A stretch of DNA of 64,000 nucleotides from an uncultured Actinomycetes bacterium (GTDB taxonomy: Bacteria > Actinomycetota > Thermoleophilia > UBA2241). Of this stretch, positions 1-9,184 are shown in pieces. The stretch is from NCBI GenBank assembly GCA_963725665.1, contig CAVRZA010000004.1, positions 589,834 to 653,833 of the forward strand. Reading direction: 5' to 3'. A model generated the notes under the pieces. The model saw only the letters and a list, made by a program, of their open reading frames with translations. It ran no database searches and had not been told where the DNA came from. A program made the position numbers and the translations under genes. Position 1 is the stretch's first letter. The number at the start of each line of letters is the position of its first letter.

Positions 1-56
1 CAACCCTCGATCTACGGGAGTGTCGGGCCGCACGGCCGAGCGCCCACCGTGCGAGA

Positions 57-797
57 CTACTCCCAGCGGAAGACGCGCAGCGACACCACCCCCGCGGCGG
101 CGCCGTACAGGGCCGTGATCAAGAGCTGCTGCCAGTCCATGGCACCCGTGTTCCAGGGCTCCTGCAACGCCTGGACGAGGTGGTACAGAGGTAGAACCTG
201 GCCGACGCGCAGGAGCCAGGTGGGGAGGAGCTCGAGGGGACTGGCAGTGCCGGAGAGGAACATCATGGTGAACCAGAGGAGGAGCCCGGCGCCCTGCACG
301 GCGCGCGCGCTCGGCAGCAGGCCGGCGAGCAGGATGCCGATGGCGGCGAACGTGGCCACGCCGACGACGGCGGTGAGGAGTACGCGCACGACGGAGTCGG
401 GCTGGTTGGCGTCGTAGACCAAGGCTCCCAGCAGGTAGACGAGGAGGCCGCCGACGACGGCGATGAGGACCGCCACGACCGTCTGCGAGCCGAAGTACGT
501 GAGCTCCTTGAGCCCCGAAGCTCGCAAACGGCGGAGCACTCCGCGTTCGCGGTAGGTAGCCAGGTGTACAGGTAGCGAGATCATGCCGATGGACGCGATC
601 ACCAGACCGATGTAACCCGGCACGTAGTAGTCCATCGCGAGGACGTCCCCGAAGTTCCCTCCAGTCACCCGGTCATTGCGGAAGATCCCGCCCAGGACGA
701 GCAGCACGAGCAGGGGGAAGGCGAACGTGAAGATCATCGTCACCGGCTCGCGAACGAGCAGCTTGATCTCGGTCCAGGTGAGCTTCCAGAGGGCCAT
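57..797 (-). CDS. ABC-2 type transporter permease
   Basis: 246 aa, about 6 hydrophobic helices, 'YRERGVLRRLRASG' ABC-2 motif, directly downstream of an ABC ATPase. Confidence 0.9.
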   Translation of the reverse strand: MALWKLTWTEIKLLVREPVTMIFTFAFPLLVLLVLGGIFRNDRVTGGNFGDVLAMDYYVPGYIGLVIASIGMISLPVHLATYRERGVLRRLRASGLKELTYFGSQTVVAVLIAVVGGLLVYLLGALVYDANQPDSVVRVLLTAVVGVATFAAIGILLAGLLPSARAVQGAGLLLWFTMMFLSGTASPLELLPTWLLRVGQVLPLYHLVQALQEPWNTGAMDWQQLLITALYGAAAGVVSLRVFRWE

Positions 798-803
798 CGT
801 CCG

Positions 804-1775
804 CTACTCCCGCAACGCGTGGCCGGTGAGCGCGAGGAAGACGTCCTCGAGCGAGGGTTGCTCGAGGCGCAGGTCGGCCGGCGCGATGCCGTGGTCGACG
901 AGCTCGGCCGCGACGAGGGCCAGCACCGGTCCCGTGCCCCGCACGAGCACGCAGGTGCCCTCGTGGACGAGCTCGTCGACGCAGGGGACGTCGCAGAGCC
1001 AGGAGAGGTCGGGCTCGTCGGTGGTGAAGGTCACGCGCACGCCGCCGGCGTAGCTCTCGACGAGGCCCCGCGGCGTGTCGCTGGCGACGATACGCCCGCC
1101 GTCCATGACGGCGATACGGTCGCAGAGGCGCTCGGCCTCCTCCATGAAGTGGGTGACGAGGACCACCGTGCTGCCGCGCTCGCGGATCTCACGGACGAGG
1201 TCCCAGGCGACGCGGCGCGCGGCGGGGTCGAGCCCGGTCGTCATCTCGTCGAGGAAGACGACCTCAGGGTGGTTGACGAGCGCCAGCGCGACGAAGAGAC
1301 GCTGGCGCTGGCCGCCCGAGAGGCTGTGGAACGAGGCCTTGGCCTTGTCGGCGAGACCCCACCGCTCGAGGAGAAGACGCCAGTCGGAGTGGCCGGGGAC
1401 GAACGACGAGAAGAGGTCGAGCGCCTCCCAGACGCGCATGTGGTCGGGGAGCGAGGACTGTTGAAGTTGGCAGCCGATGCGCGGACGGAGCTGCGCCGTC
1501 TGGTGCTGCGGGTCGAGACCGAGAACCCGCAGGCTGCCGCCGTCGCAGTGCCGCAGCCCCTGCAGGCACTCGACGGTCGTCGTCTTGCCGGCGCCGTTGG
1601 GCCCGAGGAGGCCGAAGATCTCGCCGCGCAGGACCTCGAAGGTGGCCTCCTGCACCGCGACGACGTCGTGGTAGCGCTTCGTCAGGCCGTGCACGTCGAT
1701 GACGATCTCGCGCCGATCGGCGTCACGCTGGTCCGCCTCGGGGCGTGCGGGTTCAGGGATGTCGGTGGCCATCAC
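804..1775 (-). CDS. ABC transporter ATP-binding protein (DrrA-like)
   Basis: Walker A GPNGAGKT, signature LSGGQ, Walker B VVFLDE, C-terminal SLEDVFL. Confidence 0.95.
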   Translation of the reverse strand: MMATDIPEPARPEADQRDADRREIVIDVHGLTKRYHDVVAVQEATFEVLRGEIFGLLGPNGAGKTTTVECLQGLRHCDGGSLRVLGLDPQHQTAQLRPRIGCQLQQSSLPDHMRVWEALDLFSSFVPGHSDWRLLLERWGLADKAKASFHSLSGGQRQRLFVALALVNHPEVVFLDEMTTGLDPAARRVAWDLVREIRERGSTVVLVTHFMEEAERLCDRIAVMDGGRIVASDTPRGLVESYAGGVRVTFTTDEPDLSWLCDVPCVDELVHEGTCVLVRGTGPVLALVAAELVDHGIAPADLRLEQPSLEDVFLALTGHALRE

Positions 1776-1879
1776 GAGACGTGGAGGAGTGTGGTCGAAG
1801 CTCGTACCATGCTACACCTTGGACGGTCGCAACACGGCGTCCCATCGCCGCGTGCCCGGGCTTGAGTCGCAGGCTCCTT

Positions 1880-2857
1880 CTAGCCGTCTCGCGGCGCGGC
1901 GACCTGCTCGTCGGCTGTCCCGACGGTGCGAGCGCCAGGTCCCGCCTCCGCGGCGCGCAGCGAGCCCACCTCGATGAAGACCCGTGTGATCTCCGGGAAG
2001 CGCTCTCGGAGCCGTTCCTCGATGCGATCCACTGCGGCGCGGATCTCGTTCGCGGCCAGCCCGGGCTCGAACGCGACCTCCAGGTTGAGGAGCACATCCT
2101 CCGGCCCCAGGTGCATCGTCAGCACAGGTCCCAGCTCCGCCACCGCAGGGTCGGCCTGCACGATCTCCTTGATCTCGCGCACAACGTCGGGGCTCATGGC
2201 CTCGCCCAGCAAGAGGCCCCTGCTCTCGGCAGCGAGCAGGAAGGCCGCCGAGGCGAGCAGCAGGCCGATGAGGATGGAGCCCACGCCGTCGATGTAGGGG
2301 TTGTCGAGCCGGTGGCCGAGGAAGACGACGAGGAAGGCGATCGCGAGGCCGACCAGCGCCAGGCTGTCCTCGACGACGACGGTGAAGATGCTCGGGTCCT
2401 TGCCCTCGCGGATGACTCGCAGCACCGGCGTCTCGGGATGCACCTTGCGGAGCTGCCGGTAGGCGATCCACCACGAGGCGCCCTCGAAGATGGCCGCCGC
2501 GGCCAGGACGACGTAGTTCCAGGTCGGGTCCTCGAGTGGGGAGGGGTTGCGCAGGTGGATGATGCCCTCGTAGATCGACATGCCGCCGCCGATGCCGAAG
2601 ATGGCGAGCGCCACGATGAGGCTCCAGAAGTAGAGCTCCTGCCCGTGACCGAAGGGGTGGGCCTCGTCGGCGGGCCTCTTGCTGCGCTGTAGCCCGAGGA
2701 GCAGCAGGCCGCCGTTGCCGGTGTCGACGAGGGAGTGGATGCCTTCGGCGAGCATGGCCGAGCTGCCGGTGACGCTCGCCGCCGCGAACTTGATGGTCGC
2801 GATCGCCGCGTTGCCGGCTATCGCCGCCAGTACCGCCTTCTTCGACTCGGCAGCCAT
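1880..2857 (-). CDS. Cation diffusion facilitator family transporter
   Basis: Start moved to MAAESKK (GGAG RBS); CDF motifs 'SSAMLAEGIHSLVD' and 'HPFGHG'. Confidence 0.92.
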   Translation of the reverse strand: MAAESKKAVLAAIAGNAAIATIKFAAASVTGSSAMLAEGIHSLVDTGNGGLLLLGLQRSKRPADEAHPFGHGQELYFWSLIVALAIFGIGGGMSIYEGIIHLRNPSPLEDPTWNYVVLAAAAIFEGASWWIAYRQLRKVHPETPVLRVIREGKDPSIFTVVVEDSLALVGLAIAFLVVFLGHRLDNPYIDGVGSILIGLLLASAAFLLAAESRGLLLGEAMSPDVVREIKEIVQADPAVAELGPVLTMHLGPEDVLLNLEVAFEPGLAANEIRAAVDRIEERLRERFPEITRVFIEVGSLRAAEAGPGARTVGTADEQVAAPRDG

Positions 2858-2924
2858 CGTGTCTCCTGGTGCCGGGGCGAGGCCGGCGCCGCGAGAGGGT
2901 CCTCTCGCGGCGCCGGCCTCGCCC

Positions 2925-3743
2925 TCACTCGACGTCGCTCGGGTCCCAGGCGATGCGCAGACCCTCGTGGAGGCCGTCGAGCCGCGCCATCTCGTCTGCC
3001 GAGAGTTCGAAGTCGAAGACGTCGCGGTTCTCCGCGATGCGCCCGCGGTGCACCGATTTGGGGATGACGACGAGCTCGTGCTGCAGGCTCCAGCGGATGA
3101 GCACCTGGGCCGGGGTCTTGTCGTGCTGCCGGGCGATGACCGTGAGGCGTGCGTCCGAGAGGCGGCGGCCACGCGTCAGCGGACTGTACGCCTCGACCTG
3201 TATCCCGTGCCGGCGGCAGACGTCGAGCAGCTCGCGCTGGTAGAGGAAGGGGGAGAGCTCGACCTGGTTGACGGCCGGGACGACATCGGCCGCGCCCAGC
3301 AGGTGTTCGAGGTGTGCGCCGGTGAAGTTGCTCACCCCGATCGCCCTGCATCTGCCCTCGGCGAGCAGCGTCTCCATGGCCCGCCAGCTCTCGAGCCGCT
3401 TGCCCGTCACCGGCCAGTGCATCAGGTAGAGGTCGACGTAGTCGATGCCGAGGTCGCGCAGACTCGTGTCCAAGGCGCGCCGCGTCTTGTCGAAGCCCTG
3501 GTCGGCGTTCCAGAGCTTCGTCACGATGAACAGCTCTTCGCGCGCCAGTCCCGAGGCCCTCACCGCGGCGCCGACGTCGGCCTCGTTGCGATAGATGCGC
3601 GCCGTGTCGATGTGGCGGTAGCCGTCCTCGAGCGCCCAGCGCACGGCGTCCCGCGTCTCACGCCCCGGCCTCGCCTTGAACACTCCGAGGCCGAGGACCG
3701 GCATGGCGACGCCGTTGTTGAGTCTCGTCGAGGGGATGCCCAC
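2925..3743 (-). CDS. Aldo/keto reductase (DkgA/YvgN-like)
   Basis: GYRHIDTA, LFIVTKLW, DLYLMHWP, IGVSNF and IPKS motifs. Confidence 0.95.
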   Translation of the reverse strand: MGIPSTRLNNGVAMPVLGLGVFKARPGRETRDAVRWALEDGYRHIDTARIYRNEADVGAAVRASGLAREELFIVTKLWNADQGFDKTRRALDTSLRDLGIDYVDLYLMHWPVTGKRLESWRAMETLLAEGRCRAIGVSNFTGAHLEHLLGAADVVPAVNQVELSPFLYQRELLDVCRRHGIQVEAYSPLTRGRRLSDARLTVIARQHDKTPAQVLIRWSLQHELVVIPKSVHRGRIAENRDVFDFELSADEMARLDGLHEGLRIAWDPSDVE

Positions 3744-3902
3744 CCATTCTCCTTCCCGGGGTCCCTAGGATGTCAGTCTGCCCGGCGTTGCGTCGGTCCG
3801 AACCCTGTGGTAGGTTGCCAGCTTGTCTTCTCCGCGCCGTTCCCAGGGCGCGGCCTCGGGACCGCCACGGGCGAGTCGGCGGTCGCCGGAAGGGGCGATG
3901 CG

Positions 3903-4928
3903 ATGCGACGACGAGTCAGGGTTGCCGAGCGCCGAACGAGTCCCAGCGTCTGTCGCGCCGCGTTCGTCGTCCCCGCGACCCCGATCGTCACCATCACCTT
4001 CGCCTGCCTCGCCGCCCTCGTCGCGGTGTTCCTCTTCGCCGTCGTCATCGTCCCTCAGGCGGCCGCAGCGTCGCAGAGCGGTCGTGCGGCCACCGTCAGC
4101 GCCCAGATAGGCGATCTCGACGCACAGCTCGATGCGGTCGTCGCTCGCTACGGGGTCACCTCCCAACGCCTGGTCGATCTGCGCGCGAGCATGCGCGCCA
4201 ACAGGACCAAGCTGCGTCAGGCCGAGTTCGACCTGCTCCTGGCCAAGGCCGAGCTGCTGCGCCGCGTCGTGGCCATGTACAAGGAGCGACCCGTCGACCT
4301 GCTCGACGTCGTCATGGGCTCGGCGAGCTTCGAGGAGCTCCTCGGCAAGCTGACCATGATGCGGCGGCTCAGCGACGGCGACGCCCGGCTCGTGTCCTCG
4401 ACCGTGCGCATGGAGCGCGAGCTGCTCAACGAGCGCCGCACTCTGGCGGAGTCGGTCGGCCGACTGCGGACGAGCCTCGCCGACATGACTCGCGAGCGCT
4501 CCAGCCTCGAGGCCATGCTGGCGCAGCGGCGCCACCTGGTCATCGAGCTGCGCAAGGCCGCTGTCGCCAAGGCCAAGGCGGCGGCGCGGCCCAGACCGAC
4601 GCCGGCTCCCAGCTCCTCCGGCACGGTCTCAGGTGGGGGTCCCTGGTGGCCGGCAGTCCAGGCTGCTGCCGCTGCCAACGGCATCGCGGCGCGCGGTCTC
4701 TACAAGCTGATGCTCGTCGAGTCGGGAGGAGTCGCCACGGTGCGCAACGGCTCCTACTGCGGGCTCTTCCAGTACAGCAACGCGACCTGGCGGGGCGCCT
4801 GGAACCCCTGGCGCGGGGCGAGCATCTTCGACGGCGCGGCGCAGATCAAGGCCAGCGCCAGGGCCGTCAAGCTCGGCCTCGGGCCTGGCTTCTGGCCCAA
4901 CACGTACGGGTACGCGTTCTCCGACTGA
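3903..4928 (+). CDS. Secreted coiled-coil protein with C-terminal Rpf/lytic-transglycosylase-like domain
   Basis: 3' part of ORF 2679..4928; hydrophobic signal/TM segment, PcsB/CwlO-like coiled coil ('LLDVVMGSASFEELL'), then 'VESGG...NGSYCGLFQY...TW'. Start approximate. Confidence 0.7.
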   Translation: MRRRVRVAERRTSPSVCRAAFVVPATPIVTITFACLAALVAVFLFAVVIVPQAAAASQSGRAATVSAQIGDLDAQLDAVVARYGVTSQRLVDLRASMRANRTKLRQAEFDLLLAKAELLRRVVAMYKERPVDLLDVVMGSASFEELLGKLTMMRRLSDGDARLVSSTVRMERELLNERRTLAESVGRLRTSLADMTRERSSLEAMLAQRRHLVIELRKAAVAKAKAAARPRPTPAPSSSGTVSGGGPWWPAVQAAAAANGIAARGLYKLMLVESGGVATVRNGSYCGLFQYSNATWRGAWNPWRGASIFDGAAQIKASARAVKLGLGPGFWPNTYGYAFSD

Positions 4929-4962
4929 CGTCGCGCCGGTCGTAGGCCGCGCCGAGGCGCGG

Positions 4963-6150
4963 TCACCCTTTCCAGCGCAGGATCGCAGCCACCCCATCGA
5001 GATCGGCCAGCGGGGCCGCGGCGTCTTGCTCGACCGGCGTGACGGTCGCTCCCCTCGCCAGCGCCTGCTCGATCATGCGCTCGGCCAGGAAAGGTTCGGG
5101 CACCAGCTCACCCGAGGGGACGTCGCCGGGGTGTGTGCCCTCGGGCCACAGCCGGCCGTCGGGCTCTATGAGGCCGCTCCACTCGCGCGAGCCGTCGAGG
5201 AGCAGCGTGTGCACACGCCCCTCGAAGAGCGCCGCGAGAACGTCGGTCAGGCCGAGCGCGCCCGCGCCGCCTGCCAGGGCGGCGTCGCGGGCGCGCTCGA
5301 CGAGCCGCCCCTCGCGGCGCCGCGTCGCGGCGCGCATCTCGTCCACCACCGCCTGGCTCAGCGCGTGCCTGTCGAGGTCCTCGAGCAGGCGTTCGCTCGA
5401 CACGAGCTCGCGGCGCCCGTCCTTGGGGAGCGCCTGGGCGAAGGCTTCGGTCATGCGGGGGTCGCCGGCCAGGAGCAGCCTCTCCCAGGAGCGGCCCGTG
5501 GCGATGCCGTCGAGCGCATGCGCGACCGGTACGAAGAAGCGCCGCCTCGCCTCGTCGAGGCGGCGTTCGAACCGGTCGCGCTCGAGCGCGATCTGCTGTC
5601 CCGGACTGGGCGACCGCGACGGCTTGGCCTTCGCCTCGCGCCACTCCTCGGTCTCGGGCTCGAACCTCCAGCGCGCCAGCTCGTCGGCCACGCCGATCTT
5701 CCACTCGCAGAGGCGGACGCCGGAGCGCGAGACCATGATGATGCCGGCGGGGCGTGCCTCATCGAGCACGGCAAGCAGCGGCCGCACGTAAGCGGTGCGC
5801 TCGAACACGACGCGGTTCGGCAGCGGCAGTTGCACGGCGAGGCGCTCTACGACGCCGTCGCTGACGGCGGCGTAGAGCGCCCTACCGCGACCGCTCTCCT
5901 TGGGATCGAGCAGCCGCTCGAAGTCGGGCGCGAGCGCCTCGAGACGGGCGAAGAGCGCGCGCCACGTCTCGTGCGGCTCTTCGCTCTTGACGCGCTCGCG
6001 CAGCGCCTCGAGCTCGTTCTTGATCACGACTTCCCACGCCGGCCGCTCGCTGGTCCGCTCACTCGGGTCGGCGTCGACGTAGACGCTCAAGACGCCGTAG
6101 GGATCGCGGATGCGCATGACTGACACCAGCGTCTGTTGGTTCACGTCCAC
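4963..6150 (-). CDS. Bacterial aeRF1-like (baeRF/VLRF1-type) release factor family protein
   Basis: 'VLSVYVDADP' N-terminus, 'RLLLAGDPR', eRF1 domain-3-like end 'LFEGRVHTLLL...GVAAILRW'. Confidence 0.8.
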   Translation of the reverse strand: MDVNQQTLVSVMRIRDPYGVLSVYVDADPSERTSERPAWEVVIKNELEALRERVKSEEPHETWRALFARLEALAPDFERLLDPKESGRGRALYAAVSDGVVERLAVQLPLPNRVVFERTAYVRPLLAVLDEARPAGIIMVSRSGVRLCEWKIGVADELARWRFEPETEEWREAKAKPSRSPSPGQQIALERDRFERRLDEARRRFFVPVAHALDGIATGRSWERLLLAGDPRMTEAFAQALPKDGRRELVSSERLLEDLDRHALSQAVVDEMRAATRRREGRLVERARDAALAGGAGALGLTDVLAALFEGRVHTLLLDGSREWSGLIEPDGRLWPEGTHPGDVPSGELVPEPFLAERMIEQALARGATVTPVEQDAAAPLADLDGVAAILRWKG

Positions 6151-6320
6151 CGGAGGCGCCTCCTTTGCGGGTCATCCCGGGGCATACGGCCGCACAGTGA
6201 TGCTACCCCGTGGCGGCCGTTACCGAGCATCGCCGTCAGGGTATGAGCAGACGGAGAAAGGCGCCTCTCTCGCCGCATGAGAGTCTCCGCATATCCCCCG
6301 ACCACCCGGAGGCAACGATA

Positions 6321-7892
6321 GTGTTCGCCCACGACCGCCGCACGAAACTGCTCACCCTGTTCACGATGTGCTTCGCCTTGTTCATGGCGATGCTCGACAA
6401 CACCGTCGTCAATGTCGCCCTGCCGAAGATCCAGGACCAGTTCGGTTCCGGGGTGTCGGGTCTCGCGTGGATCATCGACGGCTACACGCTGATGTTCGCG
6501 GCCTTCATGCTGACGGGGGGCACCCTCGGCGATCTCTACGGGCGCAAGCGGATCTTTCTCGGCGGACTGGTGATCTTCACGGTCGGCTCGCTGGCTGCCG
6601 GTCTCGCTCCCAGCATGTCGTTCCTGATCGCCGCTCGCGGTCTGCAGGGTCTCGGTGCTGCGGCGCTGCTGCCGGGCACGTTGTCGATCCTCGCGCAGAC
6701 GTTTCCCGATCCGCGCGAACGCGCCCAGGCCATCGGCATCTGGGCCGGCGTCTCGGGCATGGCCCTCGCCGCCGGCCCCGTGGTCGGTGGCGCGCTGGTC
6801 GACAGCCTCGGGTGGCAGAGCGTGTTCTTCCTCAACGTGCCCATCGGTGTGGTCGCCTTCATCGTGGCGCTGCGGGTGGTGCGCGAGTCGAAGAATCCTG
6901 AGGGGCGCCATCTTGACCTGGCCGGTCAGCTACTGGCGATCACGGCGCTGGGATCAGTGACGTACGCCCTCATCGAGGCGAACAACTACGGCTGGACCTC
7001 ACCGCTCATCCTCTCCCTGTTCGCCGTGGCCGTCGTCGCCCAGGCGCTCTTCGTCTGGGTCGAACTGCACAGCACGAGCCCCATGCTGCCGCTGCGCTTC
7101 TTCAGGAACCGGACCTTCACCGCGGGGGTCACAGTAGCCGGCCTCGTGAGCTTCGGCATGTTCGGCATCTTCTTCTTCCTCACCCTGTTCTTCCAGAATG
7201 TGCAGGCGTACTCCGCCTTCGGCATGGGTCTGCGCGTGCTGCCGCTGACGGCCGCCATCATCGTCGTGGCGCCGCTCGCCGGCCAGATCGCCGGCCGAAT
7301 CGGCTCACGCGTGCCCATGACCATAGGCATGACCATCATCAGCGCCGGCATGCTGCTGATGGTGCGCATCGAGCCCGGCATGCCCTACTCCGCACTGTGG
7401 TGGAACCTCGCCTTGCTCGGCGTCGGGATGGGCTTGGTGATGACCCCCATGACGGCCGCGGTCATGTCCAGCGTGCCTCGCGCTCGTGCCGGCATGGCGT
7501 CGGCCACCTCGAACGCGAGCCGCGAGATCGGCGGCGTCTTCGGCATCGCGCTCCTCGGGGCCATCGTGACCCACTGGTTCGCCAGCGACCTGGCCTCCAG
7601 GCTGACGACGTTTCCGCTTCCGCCCGCCGTCAAAGGGCACGTCGTGGGTCTGGCGAGCCACGGTGGAGCGCAGGCCGCGGCGGGTCTGCCTGCGGGAACG
7701 GCGGCCCGCCTGCACGTCCTGGTGGACTCCGCCTTCGTCTCCGGTCTCCACGTCGGGTTCCTCGTCAGCGCCGCCTCGCTGGCCGTGGGGGCTATCGTCT
7801 CGGTGGTGTTCGTGAAGGGCGGCAGGCCGACTACCGAGACCATCGTGCCGGCCGGCGAGCTGGTCGTGGTCGAGGAGGGCGACGCGGCGTAG
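6321..7892 (+). CDS. DHA2 (EmrB/QacA) MFS efflux transporter
   Basis: 'MLDNTVVNVALP', 'GDLYGRKR', 'WQSVFFLNVPIG', about 14 TM; GTG start after GGAGG. Confidence 0.92.
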   Translation: MFAHDRRTKLLTLFTMCFALFMAMLDNTVVNVALPKIQDQFGSGVSGLAWIIDGYTLMFAAFMLTGGTLGDLYGRKRIFLGGLVIFTVGSLAAGLAPSMSFLIAARGLQGLGAAALLPGTLSILAQTFPDPRERAQAIGIWAGVSGMALAAGPVVGGALVDSLGWQSVFFLNVPIGVVAFIVALRVVRESKNPEGRHLDLAGQLLAITALGSVTYALIEANNYGWTSPLILSLFAVAVVAQALFVWVELHSTSPMLPLRFFRNRTFTAGVTVAGLVSFGMFGIFFFLTLFFQNVQAYSAFGMGLRVLPLTAAIIVVAPLAGQIAGRIGSRVPMTIGMTIISAGMLLMVRIEPGMPYSALWWNLALLGVGMGLVMTPMTAAVMSSVPRARAGMASATSNASREIGGVFGIALLGAIVTHWFASDLASRLTTFPLPPAVKGHVVGLASHGGAQAAAGLPAGTAARLHVLVDSAFVSGLHVGFLVSAASLAVGAIVSVVFVKGGRPTTETIVPAGELVVVEEGDAA

Positions 7893-7956
7893 TGGTGGTG
7901 GCGGGCGGCGAGGGCTCGAAGGAACCGGCGAGATTTGCACCGTCGTCACCCCATGA

Positions 7957-8930
7957 AAGAACAAGCCGCCGATCGTCGGCACCGGCCCCTTCCAGGTCGT
8001 CGACTTCAACAAGCAGAACCACTTCGTGCGCATGGTCGCCAACAAGGACTACTGGCGCGGCGCCCCGCTCATCGACGAGGTCGTCTTCACCGCGTACCTG
8101 AACCCTGACGCCATGGTGCAGGACCTGCGGAGCGGCGCCATCGACGCCTGCTGGGGCGTGCCCGAGGGCCAGTTCGCGCCGCTCGGCCAAACGGCCGGAT
8201 TCAAGGCGGTCTCCTACGTTGTGAAGGGCTTCGACGAGCTCGGTTTCAACTGCTACACCGGCCCCTCGCTGGGCAACCCCCTCGTCAAAGACTGGCGCTT
8301 CCGTCAGGCCCTCAACTGGGCCATCGACAAGCAGCAGCTCGTGAAGATCGCCTACGCAGGTTACGCAGTGCCGGGCGACACCCTCATCGTGTCCGACTTC
8401 TACACGAACCCCGACTGGCACTGGCAGCCGCCACCCGACCAGCTCTATGGCTACGACCCGGCCAAGGCGACGCAGCTACTGGCCGATGCCGGCTACAAGA
8501 CGGTGGGCGGGAAGCTCCTCGACAAGCAGGGCAAGCCCATCACGCTGCGTCTCCTGGCCTGCGACGGGCCGCCGCAGGGCCAGAAGATCGGCAAGCTGCT
8601 GACCGCCTGGCTGCAGGCCATCGGCATCAAGGTCAAGTTCGCCTACATGACCGCGAGCAGAACCCGTACATCGTGCTTGCCTATCCCAAGGGGCTTGAGG
8701 CTCTCGACGCGGCGCACTGGGAGGGTTGGGTGCAGTCGCCTACCGGCACGGGCTCGGCGATCTACTCGGTCGACAACATCGACAGCTACCTCTATGTGCA
8801 CCCCATGGAGGCGGCTGCGAAGGGGAACTCGCCGTCGCTCCTCATCGCCGCTTTCGTGGGCGCGGTGGTGGTCGCCGGTGTGGTCGTCTGGCTTCTGGCC
8901 AGGCGGCGGCCGAGGGCGCTTGAGGAGTAG
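7957..8930 (+). pseudogene. Truncated family-5 ABC substrate-binding protein with C-terminal TM anchor
   Basis: Starts abruptly at 'NKPPIVGTGPF', contains 'FRQALNWAIDK', jumps frame at about 8650 to 'REQNPYIVLAYP', ends with TM helix plus RRR. Confidence 0.7.
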
Positions 8931-9184
8931 CCGCAGGCGGCCCACGGGAGGCCTTGCGGACCGCAGGGCGCTAGTGCACTAGCGCGAGCCGCTCGCGCGA
9001 GGTTCGCCCGACGAGCTCGCGAGCCGACGGGCACGGGCCATCGGGTGGCTCAGGTGCTGGGGGGTGAGGACGAGCACCCGTCCTGGTGCCGCGCGCCGCC
9101 CACGGCAGCGTCATCTACCAGGCGCTCCATGAGGCGGAGTAGGCCGCGGTACCCTCCCGCGTTGGCGGCAGTCCGGGCCTGGGG

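Noticed and set aside
2679-3902. Long N-terminal extensions of ORFs 2679..4928, 10799..13252, 42648..44975, 1880..3172 and 46743..48242
   Set aside because: They overlap other real genes; RBS and motifs support downstream starts, so these are not fusions
3745-3902. c-di-AMP riboswitch upstream of the Rpf-like gene, and glycine riboswitch upstream of gcvPA (51664-51785)
   Set aside because: Consensus elements are not recognisable by eye in either region
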